Assembly: GCA_964443635.1 (NCBI GenBank)
Contig: CAYUDJ010000001.1
Location: 1 to 56,279, forward strand
Length of the DNA: 56,279 bases
Origin: an uncultured Candidatus Saccharibacteria bacterium
Lineage (GTDB): Bacteria > Patescibacteriota > Minisyncoccia > Phycocordibacterales > UBA9973
Direction of reading: 5' to 3'
Below the pieces are notes generated by a model that saw only the letters and a program-made list of their open reading frames with translations, was not told where the DNA came from and did no database searches. This document shows, piece after piece, positions 18,193 through 26,470 of the stretch (positions are counted from its first letter, which is position 1; every line of letters starts with the position of its first letter). Position numbers and translations under genes: made by a program.

Positions 18193-18261
18193 GTTGTGAG
18201 TATAGCATTCTAAATATCCCTTTGAGGGGTTCTAAGATAAAACTGTAACTATAAGAGCAAT

Positions 18262-19071
18262 CTAGTTAGAAAAAGGTATCTCTGCCACAACTTGATACTT
18301 TTGCGTTGTGGGCTTGCTCTCGGGTGTGCCTTCCTCAAATTCCTTTCTCTGTACGAGGTATGCGAGTGAACCCTTTGTTATTTTAAAACGATATCCGAGA
18401 CCTGCAGCGTAACACTGTATGTTTGTTGAGTTAGGTACACTATCGGCATCACGATCGGGTAGGTCGTTACATGAACCGGGAGTTGTATCAATCAACTTCG
18501 TTTGAGTTACGCCGTTTCCATAATTCACCGTAAGGAAAACATCAGTATTTGGCATTCCGTCAGGATTGAGAGATGTAGCTTTTTTATAACTCCATGCAAA
18601 AACCGGTGATTCAGCGCATGGGCCACTTTTGAATACGGACAGTGTAGACGAATCGTAGGTGATTTTTGAAAGATCGGTAAATTTGGTGCCATCAGCATTG
18701 ACGTCCCCGTACCCGCGGACAAAGTCGCTTCCCTGTTTCTTGAATATTACTTGCATGACAGAGGTTGTTCCTTCAGATGCAAATGTATAATTTCCAAAGA
18801 GGACACCGTCAGTATAGGATCCGGCGAAAGTCCCAGTCGAGCTATCCTTTTCGAAATTCTTGAATGCGAGCGATCCAGAGACTAAGGAGGCGTCTTGGTT
18901 TTTAATATGTAATGTGTACAAGTCCTTTCCTGTAGTTGCTGTATAACAGCCTACGATAGTGTCACTTGGCTGGTTGGTTGTTGGCGAGATTGCGATCTTT
19001 TTGTGTGGCCATGCAAGTAACGCAATAATTGCGACTATAGCGATGACAAATACGATATGGGATGTTTTCAT
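18262..19071 (-). CDS. Secreted or membrane-anchored hypothetical protein (269 aa)
   Basis: N-terminal TM/signal (IVFVIAIVAIIALLAW). No known domain recognised. Confidence 0.6.
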   Translation of the reverse strand: MKTSHIVFVIAIVAIIALLAWPHKKIAISPTTNQPSDTIVGCYTATTGKDLYTLHIKNQDASLVSGSLAFKNFEKDSSTGTFAGSYTDGVLFGNYTFASEGTTSVMQVIFKKQGSDFVRGYGDVNADGTKFTDLSKITYDSSTLSVFKSGPCAESPVFAWSYKKATSLNPDGMPNTDVFLTVNYGNGVTQTKLIDTTPGSCNDLPDRDADSVPNSTNIQCYAAGLGYRFKITKGSLAYLVQRKEFEEGTPESKPTTQKYQVVAEIPFSN

Positions 19072-19084
19072 AGAGGTAAAAAAT

Positions 19085-20104
19085 TTAATTATTAAGTTGC
19101 GCGCTTATATATGCCCGTGATTTGGGACCATAGACACCATCTGCAGTGAGTCCTACGGATGCTTGGTAGTTGATCAATGCCTGGCGAGTGATTGGGCCGA
19201 ATGCCCCGTCGGCTGTTACTCGTGATGCAGTACCAATCCCTTTTTTGATCAAAAATTTTTGCAGGGTGACAACCTCGGGTCCTCGTGAACCAACCTTCAG
19301 TGTACCAGTTGAAGAACCAGATACCGTAGTGGTTACTGGCGCAACAATCTTTGCAAGTGCAGTTTTGATATCGTTTGGGAGCGTGGTTCCCTGCGCCTGT
19401 GCAGCAAGGAAATCTGATCTAAATTTTATTACGAGAAATTCCGCCAATTCATCCGAGTCGTTTACATCGTCAAGAATCGTATCAAGATATTCTATCTTAT
19501 CTTTGATATTGAGTGTTTCAGTGATGCGTGGATAGGGATCCAGCGCTGTGCTATCTTCATCACGGATCTCAAAGTGCAAGTGTGGTGCGGTCGCTATTGC
19601 GTTGCCGGTGTGACCGACATATCCAATGATATCTCCTGCCTCAAGTACATCGCCTCGTTCAATATCTGCGATCTTGCTCAAATGCATGTAGGTAAAAGAT
19701 TCACCCCCTGGGGCTGCCGTGGTAACAAAGTTCCCTGCACCTGTCCATATACCGGTCTGCATGACTACTGCATCGGTTGGAGACACGATGGGCGTGCCTT
19801 CGGGTGCCATAATATCAAGTCCTTCGTGCGCATGCCCTATGCGAGGATCGCCAAAGTTTTTCGTGAGGTTTTTTAGCGTCACACCAAAGAGTACGGGGAT
19901 GGTGAGGTTTTCAACGCGGTCACTGTCCATGTCATCAATCTTGTTCTGTATATCGGTGGTATCGCGACGCCAGTCAGATATATCACGCCCAAAGCCCGCT
20001 CCGCCGTCATAATCTGTTTGCGCAGCGCGCGCAGAAAGAGGATGTATACATATCGCTATAATCAAAAAAGAAGTACTAAGAAAATGCCGTAGTGATGTAG
20101 TCAT
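19085..20104 (-). CDS. M23 (LytM-type) peptidoglycan endopeptidase with C-terminal PG-binding domain
   Basis: HAHEGLDI...GTPIVSP, GHTGN...APHLHFEI. C-terminal PG_binding_1-like GPEVVTLQKFL...FGPITRQALINYQ. Confidence 0.85.
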   Translation of the reverse strand: MTTSLRHFLSTSFLIIAICIHPLSARAAQTDYDGGAGFGRDISDWRRDTTDIQNKIDDMDSDRVENLTIPVLFGVTLKNLTKNFGDPRIGHAHEGLDIMAPEGTPIVSPTDAVVMQTGIWTGAGNFVTTAAPGGESFTYMHLSKIADIERGDVLEAGDIIGYVGHTGNAIATAPHLHFEIRDEDSTALDPYPRITETLNIKDKIEYLDTILDDVNDSDELAEFLVIKFRSDFLAAQAQGTTLPNDIKTALAKIVAPVTTTVSGSSTGTLKVGSRGPEVVTLQKFLIKKGIGTASRVTADGAFGPITRQALINYQASVGLTADGVYGPKSRAYISAQLNN

Positions 20105-20198
20105 AGTGTATAGACTCTACCACAGGTGAAGTATTACTCGCAGCGTCTATTGACTTATAGTTTATTTGGAGTATCGTTGTGAAAAACCCCATTAACAT

Positions 20199-20642
20199 AT
20201 GAAAAGACTAGTAATCATGTGTCAGGGAAATTACACCCCTGGCATAAAAAACGCCCTTCCTACGGAAGAAGAAGTTCAGGTTGAAAAACTAAAACTTGAG
20301 TACGAACAACTCGGCAAGGTTGTCATTGCTGCCTGTGTAATGCCATGGGCAAAAGATACAGGAAACATCATTGCCAAACTTCTTCTTGGCCATTCTATTG
20401 ACCACAGTGAAAAGATCGTGTGGTCGGATATTGTGACCAGGCAAAAGAAAGAAGAGGCGGATACAATGATTGTTGTTACGTGCAAAGATAATGCTCGTGG
20501 CCTAGCAAAGGATGCTTGTAAAGAGCTTAAAGGTTTCAATATCTTTAAGATTGACCACAAATTTTCCCCTACTGACATGCTGGTCTTTGAAGTAGATAAC
20601 CCTACTCCAAGAATTAACCTCATCGAAATTGCAGTTGTGTAG
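20199..20642 (+). CDS. Hypothetical protein (147 aa)
   Basis: ORF plus a downstream terminator. Confidence 0.5.
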   Translation: MKRLVIMCQGNYTPGIKNALPTEEEVQVEKLKLEYEQLGKVVIAACVMPWAKDTGNIIAKLLLGHSIDHSEKIVWSDIVTRQKKEEADTMIVVTCKDNARGLAKDACKELKGFNIFKIDHKFSPTDMLVFEVDNPTPRINLIEIAVV

Positions 20643-20671
20643 ATCTACAAATCTACTTCATTTATTTAAAA

Positions 20672-20699
20672 ATCTATTGTTACAACAATAGGTTTTTTT
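20672..20699 (+). terminator. Intrinsic terminator
   Basis: ctattgt / acaatag stem with 4-nt loop and a 7-T run. A second orphan hairpin (cccgatataa / ttatatcggg) follows at about 20715-20741. Confidence 0.6.
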
Positions 20700-20774
20700 G
20701 TTATTCAAAATAAAAACCCGATATAATATTATATCGGGTTTGGTTATCTCACCACTGCCATGTAAAATGAAGGT

Positions 20775-21668
20775 ATGAAGCATTCTCGTCTCATTATACT
20801 CATCGTTTTTCTGATCGTTGCCAGTGCTGTTGGATGGGCTATTTGGTCGCCGTCTCAGACGACAGCCCCTGCCACTTCTATAATCCCTCCTCCAGAAGAC
20901 GTACCGTTCTCATTGCCGACAAAAGCTGATACAGGACAGGTTTCCTATCGTGCACTCACACTCACTACTGATAAGCCTGGAAAGGAAATCGCTGATAGTG
21001 TTGGTATGGCCAATATGCAAGCAGTGTTTTTGATCAATCGTGTCGACGCTGGACACTTGAGCAAGGGTGCAGTAATGAGTATTCCTGACTCATTTGATGA
21101 CCCTACAGCCTTCTCGTCATTCCCTGCTACTATTTCAGATCTTGCAGCAGTACCAAAGATCATGCTGGTCTCTCAGCGAGTCCAAGCATTTGGTATATAT
21201 GAGCATGGTGAGCTAATACGATTTGGTCCAGTCAGTACTGGCAAAAAAACAACTCCGACACCCAGTAGGCTTTATTTCACCAACTGGAAAGGTAAGTTGG
21301 TTACGAGCACGGTGGACAATGAATGGATCATGCCCTGGTATTTCAATCTTGATAACAAAGAAGGTATTTCAATGCACCAACTTGAGTTGCCAGGCTATCC
21401 AGCGAGTCACGCCTGTATTCGTCTGACGGAAGACGATGCAAAGTTTATTTATGATTGGGCCGACCAATGGAAACTATCTGCTGATGATGTGGTGATTGCA
21501 CATGGTACGCCAGTACTTGTCTTTGGTACATATGCATACGGCGTAGCCGCTCCGTGGAAGAACCTCCCTAGTGACCTTATGGCTGTCACGATTACTGCAG
21601 ATGAGCTTACAAAAGCTTTGGAGCCGCATCTCGCGGAGATTGCACCTACTCCTTCTACTGAAGAATAA
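20775..21668 (+). CDS. L,D-transpeptidase (YkuD family)
   Basis: Catalytic block GISMHQLELPGYPASHACIRL. N-terminal TM anchor. Confidence 0.85.
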   Translation: MKHSRLIILIVFLIVASAVGWAIWSPSQTTAPATSIIPPPEDVPFSLPTKADTGQVSYRALTLTTDKPGKEIADSVGMANMQAVFLINRVDAGHLSKGAVMSIPDSFDDPTAFSSFPATISDLAAVPKIMLVSQRVQAFGIYEHGELIRFGPVSTGKKTTPTPSRLYFTNWKGKLVTSTVDNEWIMPWYFNLDNKEGISMHQLELPGYPASHACIRLTEDDAKFIYDWADQWKLSADDVVIAHGTPVLVFGTYAYGVAAPWKNLPSDLMAVTITADELTKALEPHLAEIAPTPSTEE

Positions 21669-21670
21669 TA

Positions 21671-21706
21671 AAAAGCGTTTTGTATAAAATACAAAACGCT
21701 TTTTTA
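21671..21706. terminator. Bidirectional terminator
   Basis: 14-bp perfect stem aaaagcgttttgta / tacaaaacgctttt between convergent genes. Confidence 0.7.
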
Positions 21707-21713
21707 AAACTGA

Positions 21714-22472
21714 TTAGATATAGAGACCTACAGTATCGTGGAGTCTACTGGCGATATAATGATAATTGGATTCATTATCAATGTCTATATCAATGCTTAG
21801 CAGATGCTTTCTGATCAGAGACCCTGCGTTGAAGAATTCATACTTCTGGTCGAAGGTTCCTTTGATGCTGATATTAAATTCAGCTGCGCAGTCTTCGATT
21901 GCTATAATGTAATTTTCAATGCAAGGTATATCAATGGGTGCACCTTTACTCCTGTCACAATTCAATACAACATGTGAAATTATTCCAGCGTAGTCTTTCT
22001 GTAGACGCTTGGCAACAGTTGTCGGATGATCATGACAGAGTTCTAACTCCCGCTTATCAAGCTGTAAAATGATGGGCAGTGCATAGTGCTTTCTGAAATC
22101 ATCAAGATCTCTTGGGTCGGGCCATGAACCAGTGATTTGGAGTGCATTGATATGTGAGTCTTTGCACCATTTCATCGCAAACAGTAGTTCCTGGTTAAGG
22201 TGCTGTGCATTTTGATAATCAACGTATTCGAGGCAGTTGATTACTGAAGAGCTGTTGATAGAAAGGGCCTTTTCAAGATCCTTATTTTTTACAGTCCCCG
22301 GGATAGTCTTTGTGGGATCTCCGTACAGCCTCTGATGGCTTGTAGTAGTCCGTATCAGTGGTTTTCCGATATAGCGGTATTTGGCGAGTGTTTCAACCGC
22401 TACTGCTATGGCTTGGGCATCAACGGTATTTCCCGTACCGATGTAGCGGCCTATTGGTGTGATTGTTGTCAT
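21714..22472 (-). CDS. Hypothetical protein co-transcribed with lexA; faint (beta/alpha)8-barrel (PRAI-like) pattern
   Basis: ORF immediately downstream of lexA. INALQITGSWPD and HVVLNCDRSKGAPIDI loosely recall TrpF-type blocks (weak). The longest ORF starts at 22523, 6 nt after the lexA stop. Confidence 0.5.
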   Translation of the reverse strand: MTTITPIGRYIGTGNTVDAQAIAVAVETLAKYRYIGKPLIRTTTSHQRLYGDPTKTIPGTVKNKDLEKALSINSSSVINCLEYVDYQNAQHLNQELLFAMKWCKDSHINALQITGSWPDPRDLDDFRKHYALPIILQLDKRELELCHDHPTTVAKRLQKDYAGIISHVVLNCDRSKGAPIDIPCIENYIIAIEDCAAEFNISIKGTFDQKYEFFNAGSLIRKHLLSIDIDIDNESNYHYIASRLHDTVGLYI

Positions 22473-22529
22473 GTTACAAGGTTTAGTTTCCCGTACCATA
22501 CCACGACAATCTAAATCTATCAATCCTTT

Positions 22530-23096
22530 TTAATACTTTCTCATCACTCCTTTTACAACTGCAGTAATCTGTAGATCATGCTTTGGATAGATCGGTTTGA
22601 AGTCTTTGTTTGCAGGCTCAAGCCAGAAGTTGCCAGATGCATCCTTGCGGAGATATTTCATAGTGAATTCTCCATCTACTTGAGCAATGACTATATCTCC
22701 TACTTTTGCAGTACTGGTTCGCTCTGCAATGACCATGTCGCCATCGTCAATATGTGCATCAATCATCGATTTGCCATCTACCTCCAGAATATACGTTGAT
22801 CCTTTCTTCTCTATAAGGTAGTCCTCAATGTTCATGCTGTCAGTGATCTCGTCAACTGATGCCGGGAAACCCGCTTTGACTGATCCGAGGAGGGGCACGC
22901 TATCAAAGAGATCTGTTGGGAGGAGTTTGCCGAGTTTGTCCTTGGTAACAATACCGGCGGCAATCATTTTTATCACGAGACGATTTACTGCATTCTTGGA
23001 CTTGAACCCAAACAGTGTCGCCATTTCAGAGTACGTTGGCATGCGCTTGTTGGACTGATAAAAAGAAATAAGTTGTTGTTTGTAATCTGTTTGCAT
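22530..23096 (-). CDS. lexA: LexA repressor (S24 peptidase)
   Basis: Winged-helix N-terminus (SNKRMPTYSEMATLFGFKSKNAV), Ala-Gly cleavage site (GSVKAGFP), Ser (VDGKSM) and Lys (FTMKYL) catalytic dyad. Confidence 0.88.
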   Translation of the reverse strand: MQTDYKQQLISFYQSNKRMPTYSEMATLFGFKSKNAVNRLVIKMIAAGIVTKDKLGKLLPTDLFDSVPLLGSVKAGFPASVDEITDSMNIEDYLIEKKGSTYILEVDGKSMIDAHIDDGDMVIAERTSTAKVGDIVIAQVDGEFTMKYLRKDASGNFWLEPANKDFKPIYPKHDLQITAVVKGVMRKY

Positions 23097-23097
23097 A

Positions 23098-23304
23098 CTA
23101 CAGAGATATAAATCGCAGTGCATGGACGAAATCGAAGAAACTCCATGATGACCGTGTTCGTGACTTCAGTATAGAACGCTGAAATCTGTTTGTATATGGA
23201 TAGTGCGATACGGCAACAGTGCTGCGACGCTCCTGCTCGAGTCGGATGGACTGGAGACGTGCCATTTCTGCCTGGACGAGATCCTTGAAATAAGTGTTTT
23301 TCAT
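23098..23304 (-). CDS. Small hypothetical protein (68 aa)
   Basis: Its ATG lies 1 nt after the stop of the upstream small ORF, and its TAG lies 1 nt before the lexA ATG. Coupling supports expression. Confidence 0.4.
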   Translation of the reverse strand: MKNTYFKDLVQAEMARLQSIRLEQERRSTVAVSHYPYTNRFQRSILKSRTRSSWSFFDFVHALRFISL

Positions 23305-23305
23305 A

Positions 23306-23542
23306 TCAGAAGCCGAAATTAATTCCTGAAAACAATCGACCGAATGCACTCTTGTGTTCTTGCAACTTCATTTTCTGAAGTAATGATTTGTGTTTGCGAG
23401 ACTCTTCGCTATAGCTTTCACCTCGCATGATCTTGCGATCAATCTTTTCATTTAATGCTCGCAGTTCCCGTTCGATTACTTTTGTATATTGTGTTCGTGT
23501 CATATACCAATCAGTATACGTGAACGAACGTTCACTCGTCAA
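23306..23542 (-). CDS. Small hypothetical coiled-coil protein (78 aa)
   Basis: ORF between murG and lexA, tightly coupled to the next ORF. Confidence 0.4.
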   Translation of the reverse strand: MTSERSFTYTDWYMTRTQYTKVIERELRALNEKIDRKIMRGESYSEESRKHKSLLQKMKLQEHKSAFGRLFSGINFGF

Positions 23543-23568
23543 TCATTTCCCTGTGGATAACTATCAAA

Positions 23569-24696
23569 CTATTGTTTCTCGTGTGCGAGTGCTATAGATA
23601 ATGCTTCATTTGCGATGATACGTGCAGCATCAGGCTTGAAGAAGGCCTTTGCATGGGCTGACATTGCCTCATAGCGCTCCTTGCTCCCCAATATTGACTC
23701 TATCTCGTTTTGCAATACAGATGGTGTGAGATTTGCTTCCTCGATAACAACACATGCTCCAGTACGAACATAGTGATACGCATTCTTGCGTTGGTGGTCT
23801 CCATGAGCGATGGCATAGGGAATGAGAATGGATGGCTTGCCCCATGCTGCTATTTCAAACAGCGATGAACCAGATCGAGAGACGATGATATCGACTGCTC
23901 CCCCAAACATCTTGGTCTGCACGTCATTCATGAACTTGTATGGCTTGTAGCGGGTGCGTGTCGTGCTTTCTCCTAGACTGATACGAGCTTGTAATGTCAT
24001 CTCATCGTAGTCCTTGTCCCCTGTCTGATGAATAACCTGGTATTTCTGCAAGAGCGCAGGAAGGATTTGCAGTACAGCATCATTGATGACTTTTGCTCCT
24101 TGTGATCCGCCCCAGACGCCGATTGTTGGCATGTCGTTTAGTTCGAAGTACGAGAGAGCACTTTCTCTGGCTGTGTGGTTGATAGACTTGCGCACCGGCT
24201 GACCAGTGATTGAAACTTTCTTTTCATCAAAATACTTTGCTGCCTCTGGAAATGAGAGTGCAATCTTTTGTGCAAATTTCCCTGACCATTTGCTGACGCG
24301 TCCTGGAACTGTATCGCTCTCGTGAATAATGACTGGTATGCGCAACAGCTTTGCTGCAATCAACACTGGAAAACTCGCATAGCCACCTTTTGAAATGATG
24401 ACATCAGGATAGAGTTTGAAGACTTTAAAAATCGCACCAATCGTACCAAATATAGTCTTGAATATATCGATGAAGTTCTGCAATGAAAAATAAACACGGA
24501 GTTTCCCTGCAGTGATCGGAATGAATGTGATGAACTGCTCCTCGAGTATTTGCGCATTGAATGGTTTGTCCGCCATGTAGTAGAGCTTCATGGTGATGAT
24601 GCGTTCTTCGTCGGCGATATGGTTGAGTTCTTCGGCAATGGCAATCAGCGGGTAAAAGTGTCCGCCAGTTCCCCCTCCGGTGAGTAAGATTTTCAT
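23569..24696 (-). CDS. murG: UDP-N-acetylglucosamine--N-acetylmuramyl-(pentapeptide) pyrophosphoryl-undecaprenol GlcNAc transferase
   Basis: MKILLTGGGTGGHFYPLIAIAEEL plus the C-terminal GT28 blocks (SRSGSSLFEIAAWGKPSILIP). Confidence 0.9.
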   Translation of the reverse strand: MKILLTGGGTGGHFYPLIAIAEELNHIADEERIITMKLYYMADKPFNAQILEEQFITFIPITAGKLRVYFSLQNFIDIFKTIFGTIGAIFKVFKLYPDVIISKGGYASFPVLIAAKLLRIPVIIHESDTVPGRVSKWSGKFAQKIALSFPEAAKYFDEKKVSITGQPVRKSINHTARESALSYFELNDMPTIGVWGGSQGAKVINDAVLQILPALLQKYQVIHQTGDKDYDEMTLQARISLGESTTRTRYKPYKFMNDVQTKMFGGAVDIIVSRSGSSLFEIAAWGKPSILIPYAIAHGDHQRKNAYHYVRTGACVVIEEANLTPSVLQNEIESILGSKERYEAMSAHAKAFFKPDAARIIANEALSIALAHEKQ

Positions 24697-24799
24697 TACT
24701 TCTATTTTAGCTATTTTCGCCTTGTGATACAAGCTATTTACTGCTATTGATTTATCTTTATATGTATGCTATAATATCTACAACTAAACTTTAAAAATT

Positions 24800-25339
24800 A
24801 TGCTCTTTTTACGTCACGGTCATGCCACCAAACATAAGTTTGGTATTGATCTCCTTCGCCCCTTGTCTGAAGAAGGCATGGAAAAGGTTAAGAATATAGA
24901 ATTCCCCATTGAATTTGGCGATGTAATAATGTCTCCCGCCATGCGCACAAGGGAGACAGCACATATTGCTTTATATCAACAAAACAAACGTCTTAAAATG
25001 AATAAAATAAGAGACGTACGTTTTTCTCCCAATCTGTATGCTCCGATTCTTCTACCAGAAATGGACGCCATGTATACAAAGCACGGTGACCATGTACTGG
25101 GATATTATGAAGATAAGGACATTGCAAACACCATGCAGATAATAACGATGGCAACAGATGAGGTAATGGGACTTAACGCAGAGGATACCTTGGTTGTTGC
25201 ACATAGTGCAATCCTTAATTTTATCGCCCACCAAATATTTGGGTTTAAGGAGTTATTGGAGATAGATCTGGGAACTGCGGAAGGATTTTATGTTAAGAAC
25301 GGCTGGGATAAGGAGAATTATGAAATCATACGATTCTAA
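24800..25339 (+). CDS. Histidine phosphatase superfamily protein (SixA / phosphoglycerate-mutase-like, 179 aa)
   Basis: N-terminal RHG motif (LFLRHGHA), SP..RTRETA block and second His (VVAHSAIL). The size is closer to SixA-type than to dPGM. Confidence 0.7.
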   Translation: MLFLRHGHATKHKFGIDLLRPLSEEGMEKVKNIEFPIEFGDVIMSPAMRTRETAHIALYQQNKRLKMNKIRDVRFSPNLYAPILLPEMDAMYTKHGDHVLGYYEDKDIANTMQIITMATDEVMGLNAEDTLVVAHSAILNFIAHQIFGFKELLEIDLGTAEGFYVKNGWDKENYEIIRF

Positions 25340-25359
25340 TCCTAAAAACAAATTACTAT

Positions 25360-25397
25360 AAACCTGAAGATGAAAATTCTTCAGGTTTATTTTTTTA
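25360..25397. terminator. Bidirectional terminator shared by the phosphatase gene and the swivel-domain operon
   Basis: Perfect 11-bp stem aaacctgaaga / tcttcaggttt with 7-nt loop, then a T-run. Overlaps the stop codon at 25387. Confidence 0.7.
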
Positions 25398-26469
25398 CGG
25401 TAATGATTCCAGTATTCGTGTCTATCTCTACTGTATCTCCGTTTTTTAATATCTTGCTTGCAATTCCAGTGCCTACAATACAGGCGATATTCAATTCTCG
25501 TGCAGTGATTGCAGCATGGGAAAGTAGTCCACCGGTATCGGTGATGACGGCAGATGCTTTTGCAAGTACTGGCATGAGATCAGGATCCGTTGTTTCTGAA
25601 ACAAGTATTTCGCCCTGATTCATTTTATTCATTTCTTCCTGCATGGCCTGAGGTGAAGCGTAGTTTCTGTTCATGACGAAAACAGTGCCCGTAATGATTT
25701 TGCCTTTACCATGAGCAACCATACCTTTTATTACCTCAGTGACTACCTCTGGTGTATCAAAAACTTTGATGAGTTCTTCTGCCTCACTTCCCTGGTAAAT
25801 CTCATACCCTGATGACGTGTTTACAAAGATGTGACCTGACTTTCGATCAGATATGGTATTGTCTTGTATTTTTTTGCCATCAAAAAGATCGAGTAACTCT
25901 TTTTCCGTATGCCATTCAAGATCTGATTGTGAAATTCCAAATTGCTGAGACAGTTTCTCAATAGTAGTCGGTAAGTATCCTTCTTTATCAAAAAAGATAG
26001 GATTCAGTTCTGTGCGGATAACGTTCTTAAAATTCTGAACCAAATCAACAAGTTCTTGTGCTGAAGTGTTTGTTTCAGATTCTTTAAAGGCTACATCCCA
26101 ATACCGGTAATCAAAATATTCATACAGTCGACATACACGGCCCATTTTTTCAAACATTGCAATTACATCTTCTTTGGTAAGAATATCTTTTGCTTGGAAT
26201 ACAGGGATTTCTTTTTGTACCTGAGCTACAAGTGCTGTAAGTGTTACTATTACTTCCTTTGTCTTTTCTACGGTTCTCTCTGTGCCTTCCTTGTCCATAT
26301 TGCGGACTACATCATGTGAGAGATAGACGGTGTTTTTACCATTTTTGTGGTATGTAACGGAGTCACCAATCGGGTTATAGTAATGTGCCACGATATCCTG
26401 GAATATAAAGGTAGTACCTTCGGATCCATAGTTATAGACGTAATCTGATTTTTTGAGATTTGGAACCAT
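25387..26469 (-). CDS. Phosphohistidine swivel (PEP-utilizer mobile) domain protein, 360 aa, divergent N-terminal region (P1)
   Basis: C-terminal ...ILVSETTDPDLMPVLAKASAVITDTGGLLSHAAITARELNIACIVGT...GDTVEIDTNTGIITV. Catalytic His codon at 25516-25518. Confidence 0.85.
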   Translation of the reverse strand: MVPNLKKSDYVYNYGSEGTTFIFQDIVAHYYNPIGDSVTYHKNGKNTVYLSHDVVRNMDKEGTERTVEKTKEVIVTLTALVAQVQKEIPVFQAKDILTKEDVIAMFEKMGRVCRLYEYFDYRYWDVAFKESETNTSAQELVDLVQNFKNVIRTELNPIFFDKEGYLPTTIEKLSQQFGISQSDLEWHTEKELLDLFDGKKIQDNTISDRKSGHIFVNTSSGYEIYQGSEAEELIKVFDTPEVVTEVIKGMVAHGKGKIITGTVFVMNRNYASPQAMQEEMNKMNQGEILVSETTDPDLMPVLAKASAVITDTGGLLSHAAITARELNIACIVGTGIASKILKNGDTVEIDTNTGIITVKK

Positions 26470-26470
26470 G

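Noticed and set aside
20711-20745. A second strong hairpin (cccgatataa / ttatatcggg) follows the 20672-20699 terminator.
   Set aside because: Its A-run is on the upstream side and no T-run follows, so it could only terminate a minus-strand transcript, and no minus-strand gene reads into it. It is probably an incidental or redundant structure and is noted only within the terminator feature.
23552-23560. A perfect DnaA-box 9-mer (TGTGGATAA = TTATCCACA on the minus strand) lies between murG and the small ORFs.
   Set aside because: It is a single occurrence with no cluster, no AT-rich unwinding element and no dnaA or dnaN nearby. One chance hit in about 112 kb of two-strand sequence is expected.
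25370-25618. Plus-strand ORFs of 60-120 aa lie opposite each swivel-domain coding segment (25370..25618, 27720..28004, 28008..28226, 29354..29716, 30830..31033, 32138..32428). They have mutually similar translations (…AIIAAW..PPSSV…).
   Set aside because: They are antisense shadows of the six repeated, conserved swivel-domain segments. Their similarity to one another follows from the sense-strand repeats. They have no independent start context, and the sense frames carry strong family motifs.
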